A stretch of 57,174 nt of DNA from a virus (Duplodnaviria; Caudoviricetes): IMG/VR virus record IMGVR_UViG_3300049995_000009, positions 1-57,174 of that record; one strand, given 5' to 3'. A program made the position numbers and the translations under genes. Under the pieces are notes generated by a model. The model ran no database searches and was not told the DNA's origin. It saw only the letters and a program-made list of their open reading frames with translations. This document shows, piece by piece, positions 1 through 8,322 of the stretch; within the stretch, counting starts at the first letter, position 1, and each line of letters starts with the position of its first letter.

Positions 1-1
1 A

Positions 2-448
2 TATCGAGATGATAAAAACGACAGGGATATAACGCTAACGCCAGATGATGACGCAACACTCAAAGACCAAACCAGTATAGACGATAATGGCCGACGTGAT
101 TATCCTTTAGATGCTGGAAGTGCAACGACAACCACGGCAAAGAATATTGCCAAAAGATTTCTGGCGCAGCATAAGGACATGCATTATTACGTCAGCGGGC
201 CGATCAATAAAAGGGGTTCTATTCGAGGAAAGTCAGGACAGCCTATACCTGTTTCACAGATTCGGGCCGGAAAGCGTGTCAAGGTTGAGAATTTTCTACA
301 GGACCTGTCAGGCACCGGATTAACGTTCTTGATCTCTCAGACATCCTACTCCGACGCTGATGAAGCATGTTCAATCAGTTGCGGCCTGCCTGGCGACAAT
401 GCGGCGGTCACTTTGGCACAGTTAGAACTCAAGGCGATGCGGAAATAA
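2..448 (+). CDS. 3' part of a probable tail/baseplate protein (truncated by window start)
   Basis: Frame is open from base 2 (YRDDKNDRDITLTPDD...DQTSIDDNGRRDY...AKRFLAQHK) into ORF 179..448. The window also ends in tail genes, consistent with circular permutation. Confidence 0.6.
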   Translation, partial: YRDDKNDRDITLTPDDDATLKDQTSIDDNGRRDYPLDAGSATTTTAKNIAKRFLAQHKDMHYYVSGPINKRGSIRGKSGQPIPVSQIRAGKRVKVENFLQDLSGTGLTFLISQTSYSDADEACSISCGLPGDNAAVTLAQLELKAMRK

Positions 449-453
449 TTTGT

Positions 454-483
454 ATTCCCCCACCGTATACGCGATGGGGGAAT
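454..483. terminator. Hairpin between convergent genes, probable bidirectional terminator
   Basis: ATTCCCCCA...TGGGGGAAT inverted repeat between the stops at 448 (+) and 488 (-). Confidence 0.65.
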
Positions 484-487
484 CAGG

Positions 488-967
488 TCATTGATTAATT
501 CTCATATTCATGCACTGGAAACCCTTACACCAGTATCGCTCTCCGCCTGGGCAACTAAATACATGCCCTCCCTGATAAGGATATGAGTAGAATGTGCATG
601 TGAAGAACAAGGGCGTTATCATCCATACGCCGCCCGATGTACCGCCAGTCCCCGGCGCTCCTCCCTTTATCTCTTTGAGGACCGTCCGCAGAGAATATAG
701 TATTCTTGATACTCGTGTCACCGCAGAACTTGTACTGACTCCGCGCAGGGTATATTCCAGCATGGATTCCACGCTGATTAGCAGTACCCTGAAAAGCTCG
801 CGGGTACTTCCATCCATCGGGGTTTTGGCTATTTCTATCTTGATTTGTTCTATCTGAGCATAAAGTTCATTGAACGCAGGCGGTTCAGGCGGCCCAGCGA
901 GCGCCGTTGATACATTGGCTAGTAGCATAGCCAACACGACAGCAATTGCAACCAATCTTGTTTTCAC
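488..967 (-). CDS. Secreted protein: signal peptide, helical region, Gly linker, Cys-rich C-terminal peptide
   Basis: MKTRLVAIAVVLAMLLANVSTALA signal with AxA site; GAAAGGAAA RBS; 4-Cys tail; TATAAT upstream at 1018-1023 (-). Confidence 0.7.
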   Translation of the reverse strand: MKTRLVAIAVVLAMLLANVSTALAGPPEPPAFNELYAQIEQIKIEIAKTPMDGSTRELFRVLLISVESMLEYTLRGVSTSSAVTRVSRILYSLRTVLKEIKGGAPGTGGTSGGVWMITPLFFTCTFYSYPYQGGHVFSCPGGERYWCKGFQCMNMRINQ

Positions 968-1082
968 GTCAATTTCCTTTCATTTTTGATTTTGGCGGCC
1001 ACACAGTCGCCCCGGATATTATACACTTTCACATAACTACTTTGCTTTGTTTGCTTTGCCAGAGTAACAAGCCCTAATCAAG

Positions 1083-1112
1083 CCCCCTGCCCCGAAGTAG
1101 AAGGGCAGGGGG
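1083..1112 (-). terminator. GC-rich hairpin after the 1114..1896 stop
   Basis: CCCCCTGCCC / GGGCAGGGGG perfect 10-bp stem. Confidence 0.6.
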
Positions 1113-1113
1113 G

Positions 1114-1896
1114 TCAGTTTCCTTTGAACACGCGCTGCATTAATTCATCATGCTCGACCAGCAGGTGAGCATCCTCGCCCTGTTCTTTCGGCTCAGCCAA
1201 TTGCAACTTGACAAGGTACGTGATGACCGGCTCCCACTGCTTGCGCGTCAATCCAGCTTGCCGCGCAGCGTCCAGGGTAAGTCCGTCTTCATCGGCATAG
1301 TCAAGAAATACGTGAAGTGCCTCATAGGGAATATCGCCAAAATTAGGGATGCGATATTTTCTAGTCTCTGGCTGAGTGTGGATTATCATCGGCTCGGTTA
1401 CGCGTTCCGTGATAGGCGGCGCGCCAATTGCCCCATCCTGGTTGATGTCTATTCGCGTTATTTCTTCGATCACCTGGACGAATGTAGTCGCATCACTGTG
1501 GCGACGCATCAAGTTGAGATAGATCGCCGCGAGTGACAAAGCACTCACCACGCCCGCAATTGTTAGCGCCTCCTGGCGCAAGTCGCCAAACCATGTCACA
1601 TTGGCTAAAACCACAATCGCGGCGATGAAAATAACCACGGCGGCAAACACGCTTTGTAGAACAGGCACAAGAACATCGCTTGCTGGATTGGCGCTGCGCG
1701 GCGGTACATATCGTGTCGCAGTCATGCCGGGGGCAAGCGCAATTGATTCTTGTTGCTTTGGTGCCGCCTCTTGTGCGGATTCAAGGACACGATAATAACG
1801 CGAATCGCGCCCCTCGATCATTGCATTCAATTCGTCAATCTCCCATGCCAAATCCGGGCGCTGTGCCCGCATTCCCTGAAACAATGGCTCCCCCAC
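1114..1896 (-). CDS. Membrane protein with 2 TM helices and a possible C-terminal winged-helix
   Basis: 260-aa ORF with two long hydrophobic stretches. Confidence 0.65.
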   Translation of the reverse strand: MGEPLFQGMRAQRPDLAWEIDELNAMIEGRDSRYYRVLESAQEAAPKQQESIALAPGMTATRYVPPRSANPASDVLVPVLQSVFAAVVIFIAAIVVLANVTWFGDLRQEALTIAGVVSALSLAAIYLNLMRRHSDATTFVQVIEEITRIDINQDGAIGAPPITERVTEPMIIHTQPETRKYRIPNFGDIPYEALHVFLDYADEDGLTLDAARQAGLTRKQWEPVITYLVKLQLAEPKEQGEDAHLLVEHDELMQRVFKGN

Positions 1897-1965
1897 CTCG
1901 CACGCCCTTTCCGCGCGCCAGGTGTATAATGTACCTGGACGCGCCGCCTCATTCGGCGTCGCCCA

Positions 1966-1996
1966 TCCCTGCCGATGTCGTAATCATCGGCAGGGA
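1966..1996. terminator. Perfect 12-bp hairpin (terminator or sRNA stem)
   Basis: TCCCTGCCGATG / CATCGGCAGGGA. Confidence 0.5.
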
Positions 1997-2003
1997 AACT
2001 TTG

Positions 2004-2192
2004 TCAAAGTACCAATGTCGCACCCTTGCGAATTTTGCTCCAATGCCAAACACATCGAATGGCAGGAAGCAATCCGCGAACTTTGAGTGTCACAAGCGAG
2101 AGATAACATTCCTCGCCAGTCAGCTTGTGTTTTCTCATCATGCGCCATAGTAACTCTCGTTGTTTTTTGTCCATATTAATCTCCGTTTCCAA
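2004..2192 (-). CDS. Hypothetical protein
   Basis: Short ORF in leftward operon; GGAG RBS before the internal ATG (MDKKQ). Confidence 0.45.
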   Translation of the reverse strand: METEINMDKKQRELLWRMMRKHKLTGEECYLSLVTLKVRGLLPAIRCVWHWSKIRKGATLVL

Positions 2193-2406
2193 TCATCGTC
2201 ATCGCCGTCCCGTTGGCGGCGAAACTCATCTCACTCGTCTCAGTCCTATCGAAACTACGCGCCGCTGTGTTTCATCGTATACCCACCACTCGACAAACGC
2301 CCTGCCAAAGTCTAGAACGTGCAACAGAAACATGCCCACGCGAGCGACGTAATGCCGTGCGCCGTCGGCCTCATCAAATCCCTGCCAGATCGGGCGGTTT
2401 GTCATG

Positions 2407-2685
2407 CTACACCGCCAACTTCATTACGAATTCAAAGTTTCCACTCAGCCTACTTCGCTTGAATGATTCACGTTCTACACCATAGCCAGCATGTTGGTAA
2501 CGCTTTATAATTACTCCCGCGTCTTTATCCTCTATGTTGTGAAATGTAGCTATGTGCTGCGGGATGCACGCAAGGGCCAGGATTTTCTGTTGTGTCATCA
2601 CTAGATAAACCGCAACACTGCCGACAACTAATCCCAGCAGGAGTCCAGTCGGCAAAAAGGCCGCAAAAATCAATGTCGCCTCCAT
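2407..2685 (-). CDS. Small membrane-anchored hypothetical protein
   Basis: N-terminal TM helix; operon context. Confidence 0.55.
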   Translation of the reverse strand: MEATLIFAAFLPTGLLLGLVVGSVAVYLVMTQQKILALACIPQHIATFHNIEDKDAGVIIKRYQHAGYGVERESFKRSRLSGNFEFVMKLAV

Positions 2686-2768
2686 GCGTCAAGTTCCTTT
2701 CCGATTGCATCTGCAATCCAAACGAGCAACACGATAAATGCCACCACGAGAATTGCGAAGGCTTTCAT
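2670..2768 (-). CDS. Small TM peptide (MKAFAILVVAFIVLLVWIADAIGKELDAWRRH)
   Basis: Manual translation; ATGA overlap with the upstream gene stop. Confidence 0.5.
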   Translation of the reverse strand: MKAFAILVVAFIVLLVWIADAIGKELDAWRRH

Positions 2769-3406
2769 GTCGCCGCCTTTTCGGGCAATGGAGACAGAGC
2801 GGCGAACATTGTGCGCGCCACTTCATCCGCTTGATAGAATGATGAAGCCGCAACCAGGGGCAATGCCTGATTCAGCGCCGCGTCCTTGCGCTCAATCTCG
2901 GCGCAATGTTTCGCGTTATCTCTGGCGAGACTCGTGGCAATCTCACGCGCCTGGGCAAGTTCAGCTTGCCACTTGGATAACATTAGACTTTCCACTTCTT
3001 TATGTGTCTCTGCTGTTTTTGTCAAAGTGGCAATCTCTTTATGCGCCTGGGCGAGTTCGGCACGCAGGCGCAGACAATCAATTTCTCTATCAAGTTCATT
3101 TACATCGCCGCTTTCATCTTCACACGCCTGGCAATATCCCGTGCCTCCATCGCTCGACTGGATGAACCGAAACGCATGGCCGCACACCTGCCCCGTGATA
3201 GCGCTGGCAAGTTCGGTGCGCAATTGAGATGTTATAGCCTTTTCAGTTGCCATATCACCAAGTGCCTGGGCGAGTTCGGCGCGCAGGCGCGCAATCTCTG
3301 CGTGTGCATCGCCGCATAGCCGACGTGCATAGTCTTTTTTCAAGAACAATATATTCAGCAGATCATCAAAATCAATATCAGGTGATTCGTTGCAACAGTC
3401 ACACAT
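2765..3406 (-). CDS. Coiled-coil protein with internal repeats and a Zn-ribbon insert
   Basis: Repeated LRAELAQA motifs; CGH...CQAC. Confidence 0.6.
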   Translation of the reverse strand: MCDCCNESPDIDFDDLLNILFLKKDYARRLCGDAHAEIARLRAELAQALGDMATEKAITSQLRTELASAITGQVCGHAFRFIQSSDGGTGYCQACEDESGDVNELDREIDCLRLRAELAQAHKEIATLTKTAETHKEVESLMLSKWQAELAQAREIATSLARDNAKHCAEIERKDAALNQALPLVAASSFYQADEVARTMFAALSPLPEKAAT

Positions 3407-3409
3407 TAT

Positions 3410-3760
3410 CTATTCCTTTCTGCAATCCTGGCATAACCGCTCATTCGCCCGCCGCAGCGCAAACCACCTGCGGCAACGCCGGCATTGCGCGCCCGCCGTG
3501 ATCTGCCACGGCGAATGCACTGTAATCCACACGCCGATTGTTCGATCTGTATCATCGGCAATTTTCTGCGCAATCAATCGGCCAAGTTTGATAACTGCCT
3601 CGCGCGGCATGAAGCGCGTGCTATTCTGCCAGGCGCACACCTCGGCAGGACTAACGCCGCACAAGTTGCCGACTTGCGACAGCGACAAACCCAACCAGGA
3701 ACGTACGGTTTTGACGCCTTTAAGGTGTCGTAGGTAGGATAGCCCCTCGTGACGGGGCAT
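3410..3760 (-). CDS. XRE-type HTH protein with C-terminal Zn finger
   Basis: VRSWLGLSLSQVGNLCGVSPAEVCAWQN HTH; CRRC...CQDC. Start reassigned to ATG 3760. Confidence 0.65.
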   Translation of the reverse strand: MPRHEGLSYLRHLKGVKTVRSWLGLSLSQVGNLCGVSPAEVCAWQNSTRFMPREAVIKLGRLIAQKIADDTDRTIGVWITVHSPWQITAGAQCRRCRRWFALRRANERLCQDCRKE

Positions 3761-3795
3761 GGTTGGCTTGTGGCAGTTAGGTGATAGGCGATTTG

Positions 3796-4041
3796 TCACT
3801 TCTCGCTGGCGTCCTTTCCGGCGGCGACAGTGGCGACAGGAACGTTGTACCATGCGACGGGCTTGCCGCTTCTCAAATCATATATGTCGCCGCGAAAATC
3901 CAACCACTTCTTGCCTTTTGCAATTGCCCGCCCTGCGGCCCGCTCAACAAGTTCGGCCATTGTGTAATGGCCCTTCGACGTGTTGTGAACATAGCCGACC
4001 TTGCCGGATTGTTCTGCGATTCGGATGCTGCGGATGCTCAT
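3796..4041 (-). CDS. Hypothetical protein
   Basis: ORF in tightly packed leftward operon. Confidence 0.55.
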   Translation of the reverse strand: MSIRSIRIAEQSGKVGYVHNTSKGHYTMAELVERAAGRAIAKGKKWLDFRGDIYDLRSGKPVAWYNVPVATVAAGKDASEK

Positions 4042-4223
4042 TGCTTGTCCCTGATTCCTTGTGCGATTGTAAGCGCCTTGCCTAATCCGGCGACATATTC
4101 ATTTTATGTACTGACCAGAGACCAATCCGGCGCTCCGCCTGCGCTCCCGAAAATGTAGGATTGCAATAGCTTGCGCTGAATTGCGATTTCGCGTTCGAGT
4201 TGTGCTATGAGTTCGTCTAGCAT
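4038..4223 (-). pseudogene. 62-codon gene interrupted by an in-frame TAA
   Basis: MLDELIAQLEREIAIQRKLL...LVST*NEYVAGLGKALTIAQGIRDKQ; TAA at 4104-4106; the reading frame resumes and ends in an ATGA overlap with the next gene. Confidence 0.5.
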
Positions 4224-4474
4224 TTCGTCTTCTTTCTCGGCTCGGCGGTCATGCCAAGCCAAAAGTTGTTAGGGTGAACAAGGCGCGACGGCTCGATTTT
4301 GACAGGGCCAATTCGCAACTCGCTTTTCGGCATTTGCCCCGGATTGAGATAGCATACATCGGGGACTTGTGCGAATTTCTGGCGATACCGCTCGATTGCG
4401 CCGACTATTTTATCAGTAACGGGTTTATTAGAATCGTCAAACCATTTCCAGCCAAGCCAGTTGGGTTGCATCAT
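4217..4474 (-). CDS. Hypothetical phage protein
   Basis: GAGG RBS; W-rich ORF in operon. Confidence 0.6.
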   Translation of the reverse strand: MMQPNWLGWKWFDDSNKPVTDKIVGAIERYRQKFAQVPDVCYLNPGQMPKSELRIGPVKIEPSRLVHPNNFWLGMTAEPRKKTKC

Positions 4475-4481
4475 TGTCGCC

Positions 4482-4670
4482 TCACCCCGCTAATTCTGAC
4501 TCTGGGTCAAGGTCTTCGTCGTCTTCGTGCATATCCTCGTCAAAATCACCAGCAACGCAGTCGCCGAGACATTCTACACATGCACAAGATTCAGGGGCAC
4601 ATTCACACTCGCACCATACCGCGAGATTGCAGTCGTGATGACGGCCTTCTTCACATGCAATGCACATCAT
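4482..4670 (-). CDS. Small Cys-rich, acidic-tailed metal-binding protein
   Basis: MMCIACEEGRHHDCNLAVWCECECAPESCACVECLGDC; GAAAGGAAA RBS. Confidence 0.55.
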   Translation of the reverse strand: MMCIACEEGRHHDCNLAVWCECECAPESCACVECLGDCVAGDFDEDMHEDDEDLDPESELAG

Positions 4671-4684
4671 TTTGATTTTCCTTT

Positions 4685-4882
4685 CTATAGTTTCACCGTC
4701 GGGCTGACGTGGTACACGACGCCGCGCCCCACTTGTCTCTTGACTAGCACGCCTTGTGCCCTTGCGCCGCGCGCCCAATCGAGCGCGGAATTGACGCTGA
4801 TCTCGAATTTGCGCGCCATGTCTGCGGAACTGGCGGGACCGTGATCGTCAATCCATTGCAGGCAGTCAAGTGTTTTGCTCAT
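4685..4882 (-). CDS. Small winged-helix DNA-binding protein
   Basis: GPASSADMARKFEISVNSA...GVLVKRQVGRGVVYHV wHTH pattern; GAGGAAGG RBS. Confidence 0.65.
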   Translation of the reverse strand: MSKTLDCLQWIDDHGPASSADMARKFEISVNSALDWARGARAQGVLVKRQVGRGVVYHVSPTVKL

Positions 4883-5216
4883 TGCCTTCCTCAGTATGCA
4901 CTGTGATAAGCCACGTCCAGATTTGCTCATCCGGGACAGTTGCAAGGCAGGTCGTGTCGCCGCATTGCGGGCGGTGCTTGCCATCGCTGTAGGTCATGCC
5001 GCCGCAATCTGGACACGGTATACCCGTTTCACACCATGCACTTGCAATTTCTGCAATCATCGCATTTTGCGTTGCATCTACTATGTCCGCGCCATGTACC
5101 CGAACACATGGGTCACATACACCATTGACAATGGTAGGTTCGCACCACTCGCCGCAGATGCAGCACCTTACCTGTGCCAGAACATTTCCAATTAGTTCCC
5201 AAGCTGTAATCATCAT
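4866..5216 (-). CDS. Zn-finger hypothetical protein
   Basis: Multiple CxxC pairs. Confidence 0.55.
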   Translation of the reverse strand: MMITAWELIGNVLAQVRCCICGEWCEPTIVNGVCDPCVRVHGADIVDATQNAMIAEIASAWCETGIPCPDCGGMTYSDGKHRPQCGDTTCLATVPDEQIWTWLITVHTEEGNEQNT

Positions 5217-5419
5217 CGCGTTTCGCCCTTTTCTATCTCATCAGATGGCAATACCCTCTCGCAAACCTTCCATACCAAGCCGCCGACATGCGCTGTAGCA
5301 TCCGCTGGAGATAAGTTATTCTCATCAGCCTCATAATCAATTCCAGACGGCAACTGGTTTATGAGTTCGCGGATTTCGTTTATGGCGATTTCAAATTGTG
5401 CAATTTTGTCGCGCTTCAT
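5213..5419 (-). CDS. Hypothetical protein
   Basis: ATGA-coupled to both neighbours. Confidence 0.6.
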   Translation of the reverse strand: MKRDKIAQFEIAINEIRELINQLPSGIDYEADENNLSPADATAHVGGLVWKVCERVLPSDEIEKGETR

Positions 5420-5682
5420 TGCGTTTCGCCTTTCCGTTGAAGCAGTGCCACGTCAAGTGTATATTTCAGGAGAGATAATTGATCGGGATAAAAGTAGATG
5501 AAACTTTCTCCATCGTCCGCGCTGAAATAAATCTCCCCATCTGTCTTGACGACAATTTCAATTTGGTGATCCACGTAACTTGAAAAATTTTCACGTGTTG
5601 CCATGCGCACAGATGAGCCGTGATATACTTCGTCTTGCCTCGGCTCTTCTTGTTTCCAAACGACATTGATTTTGTCTGTCAT
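5416..5682 (-). CDS. Hypothetical protein
   Basis: ATGA-coupled to both neighbours. Confidence 0.6.
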   Translation of the reverse strand: MTDKINVVWKQEEPRQDEVYHGSSVRMATRENFSSYVDHQIEIVVKTDGEIYFSADDGESFIYFYPDQLSLLKYTLDVALLQRKGETQ

Positions 5683-6038
5683 CGCATTTCGCCTTTCACT
5701 CTGTCAATCTCAATCTCGACTCGCGGGTTATCCTCATCGTACCCTTTGAAAATATGTGCCTCAACTATCTGCGAATCGTCACGATAGGCAACGCCGTTAA
5801 GTGCGTCAGTGGCGGCTTTTGCCAGGTTATCATAGTCGGCCCTGATTTTTGTGTCTCGATAGAATCTTAGTGTGATACACAAATCGCTTGCGAACATAAA
5901 AACGTTATTATATTTATACTGCCAGGCTTTCGATATATTTGATTCCCATTCTAGAGTTCTTTTTGGCGTATACGCATGACCGTCAACAACTCTTGGACGC
6001 GCTTTCGGGATTGGGTTGCCTGACACGACAATATTCAT
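5679..6038 (-). CDS. rusA: RusA-family Holliday junction resolvase
   Basis: PIPKARPR, YTPKRT, DYDNLAKAATDALNG, DDSQIV motifs. Confidence 0.9.
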   Translation of the reverse strand: MNIVVSGNPIPKARPRVVDGHAYTPKRTLEWESNISKAWQYKYNNVFMFASDLCITLRFYRDTKIRADYDNLAKAATDALNGVAYRDDSQIVEAHIFKGYDEDNPRVEIEIDRVKGEMR

Positions 6039-6247
6039 TATGTTTCACCTATCACTTCCGCCATCGCCCGCGCGCCGATGAGCGGATGACACACAGTGCA
6101 ATGCCAGCCCGGTGGCGATACATTGCGTTCCCAAGCCGTCGGGATGCTCGCATGGTTGGCAGAGCATGAACTAGAGTCAGTCGGCATTGGCGCATAATCT
6201 ATTGCGAGTTCTGGCAGGCGAGATAATTTAGTTGTTTTACGTTTCAT
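6038..6247 (-). CDS. Small Zn-binding hypothetical protein
   Basis: WHCTVCHP; ATGA coupling at 6244-6247. Confidence 0.5.
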   Translation of the reverse strand: MKRKTTKLSRLPELAIDYAPMPTDSSSCSANHASIPTAWERNVSPPGWHCTVCHPLIGARAMAEVIGET

Positions 6248-6798
6248 CGCTCGCCCTCTGTCAACTGTTCCATTCGTTTTGCGCGCGCAATTTCCAGAAT
6301 CATATCGCGTACCTGCGGGAGCATGGTCGCGTCTTGTTTCTCTCGATTCGCGATCGTAGTCCAGCACTCGACAAAATTCTTGCGGTCTGCGGCCTGCATT
6401 TCCGACATGCACAGATTGCGCCAGCCCAGATGGTTGACGACGGCAGTCGTGATTGGGTCAGTGAATTCAGGCGTCGAATTGTGATAGGTACTGAATGCGC
6501 GCACCACCTCGCCCCACGCCTCAACTGCCCCTTGCCTGCGTGGACACATGATGCGCGCTGCTGCATCGCGGAAATTATGCGGCGTCGGAAAGAAATCGCT
6601 TTCGGAAATGTGTTGTAGGGACGCTGCGTGCAATACCTCAACCGGAATGTCAGCAAGCAACTGTCCCCAAATGTCCAGCAGTCTTGCCAGTCTTTCCTCG
6701 CAATCCCTGACAGATTCGCCAGCCTGGGGTTTCGTAATGTAACTATAATTGGTAGTCATTAGCCGCCAGATCGCGGTGATTTCGTCATTGCTTGCCAT
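6244..6798 (-). CDS. Replicative helicase loader/inhibitor (SPP1 G39P-like)
   Basis: W..LLADIP...FFPTP...EAWGEV...LGWRNLC...ADRKNF pattern; downstream of the initiator. Confidence 0.7.
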   Translation of the reverse strand: MASNDEITAIWRLMTTNYSYITKPQAGESVRDCEERLARLLDIWGQLLADIPVEVLHAASLQHISESDFFPTPHNFRDAAARIMCPRRQGAVEAWGEVVRAFSTYHNSTPEFTDPITTAVVNHLGWRNLCMSEMQAADRKNFVECWTTIANREKQDATMLPQVRDMILEIARAKRMEQLTEGER

Positions 6799-6979
6799 GT
6801 ATATGCTCTTGCTTATCTTCTGATAGGTCAGCATCCATCCAACCCATGCGCCAGTCGGAAATTGTCTCTGGTTTTCTGCATTTGCAGGACGTGATTGGCT
6901 TGCCAGATTTCCGCGCCTTAATTCCGCTTCGATATGCGGGTGAGTCCGTATAGGTAGGAAATTGGTCGGGGTCAATCAT
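6785..6979 (-). CDS. Rmf/CrpP-fold small protein
   Basis: AYRSGIKARKSGKPITSC...WRMGWMDA matches the Rmf pattern AxxxGxxAxxxGxxxxxC...WxxGW. Confidence 0.6.
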   Translation of the reverse strand: MIDPDQFPTYTDSPAYRSGIKARKSGKPITSCKCRKPETISDWRMGWMDADLSEDKQEHIHGKQ

Positions 6980-7848
6980 GGTTTCTCGCTTTCGTGTGTC
7001 GCTCTCCTCGCCTGGCTGATTTGGATTGCACGCTCGGCGCGGCTGATGGTTTCGGAATTTTCATTTCCATTTGCCGCAATTGACGCGGCGACCTGCTGTA
7101 TACTCTGCGGAGCCGCAATGGTCAATTTGTCGCGACGCATTTGCGCAATTGCCAGTGCAATCAATTCCTCTGCCCGATCAATATTCGCGCCGCTGGATAC
7201 ATCATAAATCGTCCATAGCGGATTCCACCAGCGTTTTGCACTTGCCTTCTTTTCTGCATCGGTTTTTTTTGGAGGAAATGGCAAGCCAGTTTTTTGACAA
7301 AACAATTTCTCTAAACGGCCAATGGCGACATCTCTTTCGGTTGGCGCACGCTGCGGCGTAGCCGCAAGAGAATTGGGGACTGGGACTGGGACTGGGACTG
7401 GGACTGGGACTGGGACTGGGACTGGGACTGGGACTGGGACAGTTGTACTTACACCGTTACTATCATTGTTTGTAACACTGTTACTAACACTGTTACTAAC
7501 GGCATTACGTTCTGTCTCTTTCCTCTTGCGCCATTCCTCAATCCTTGTTGCATTTGCCTCTCGGTCTGCCCTGATTTGTTCTGCCGACATATTGTAGTCA
7601 AAGTAGTCGTGGACTTGATAACCGCCCTCGGCCTCTTCCCAAAGATTCTCGTGAACAAGTTTATCCGCAACCGCTATTGGGTCATCAACGTCAATCAGGC
7701 GCTTGACCTGAGACACACTTATAAATCCGTCTGTCAAATGTCGGTTGCAATATGATAATCCACACACAAAAAGTCCAACCGCAACCGGGCCGGCTGCGAC
7801 AACTTTGGGATGATCATAGAATTGATCGTCAATCTTCGCCCACGGCAT
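6976..7848 (-). CDS. Phage replication initiator
   Basis: MPWAKIDDQFYDHPKV...YCNRHLTDGFI...LWEE..GGYQVHDYFDYN N-terminal domain; PV linker; followed by the loader gene. Confidence 0.8.
   Translation of the reverse strand: MPWAKIDDQFYDHPKVVAAGPVAVGLFVCGLSYCNRHLTDGFISVSQVKRLIDVDDPIAVADKLVHENLWEEAEGGYQVHDYFDYNMSAEQIRADREANATRIEEWRKRKETERNAVSNSVSNSVTNNDSNGVSTTVPVPVPVPVPVPVPVPVPVPVPNSLAATPQRAPTERDVAIGRLEKLFCQKTGLPFPPKKTDAEKKASAKRWWNPLWTIYDVSSGANIDRAEELIALAIAQMRRDKLTIAAPQSIQQVAASIAANGNENSETISRAERAIQISQARRATHESEKP
7375..7440. repeat. Near-perfect hexamer tandem repeat (TGGGAC)x11 encoding (PV)n
   Basis: Read directly; 10 exact copies at 7381-7440 plus GGGGAC. Confidence 0.95.
7446..7510. other. 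Putative iteron-type replication origin within the initiator gene
   Basis: ACACTGTTACTA twice, ACCGTTACTA and the palindrome GTAACACTGTTAC; lambda-like position inside the initiator. Confidence 0.45.
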
Positions 7849-8079
7849 GTATCACCTTAAACGCAAATCGCCCCGTCTATGTGTTGCCGGTGTTGTCGAA
7901 GCACACGGCACGGGACGTTAGTCCGGCACATAAACGGGGCGATCTGCCCAAAACAGATATTAGGTTTTGCTACACCGGCGGCTAGAAACAAAATCGCCCC
8001 GTAATGGTGTGCTTCGACACCGTTATGATACCACACTTTCGCCGTCCTTGTCAAGTCGCCTTCTCATTGCGTCCCTGTG

Positions 8080-8271
8080 TCAATCGTCGTCCTGGCTTTC
8101 CATTGCGGACTGCTGCTTGGTCGGCTCCGCGCTCATTCCGGTGTGTTCGCCGCGCAATACCCAGACAGAACAACCAAACATTCTGGCGGCTCTATCTACA
8201 TCATCTTGTGTCGGAGCGCGTTCTCCTAGTACATCAAGGATTTCGTCGGCATCACTGAGAAGGTAATACAT
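8080..8271 (-). CDS. Hypothetical protein
   Basis: GAAAGGA RBS. Confidence 0.5.
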   Translation of the reverse strand: MYYLLSDADEILDVLGERAPTQDDVDRAARMFGCSVWVLRGEHTGMSAEPTKQQSAMESQDDD

Positions 8272-8322
8272 CGCTTCATCCTTTCATTTCGTCGGTTGAC
8301 GCGCTGCCGTCTATATCAATGA

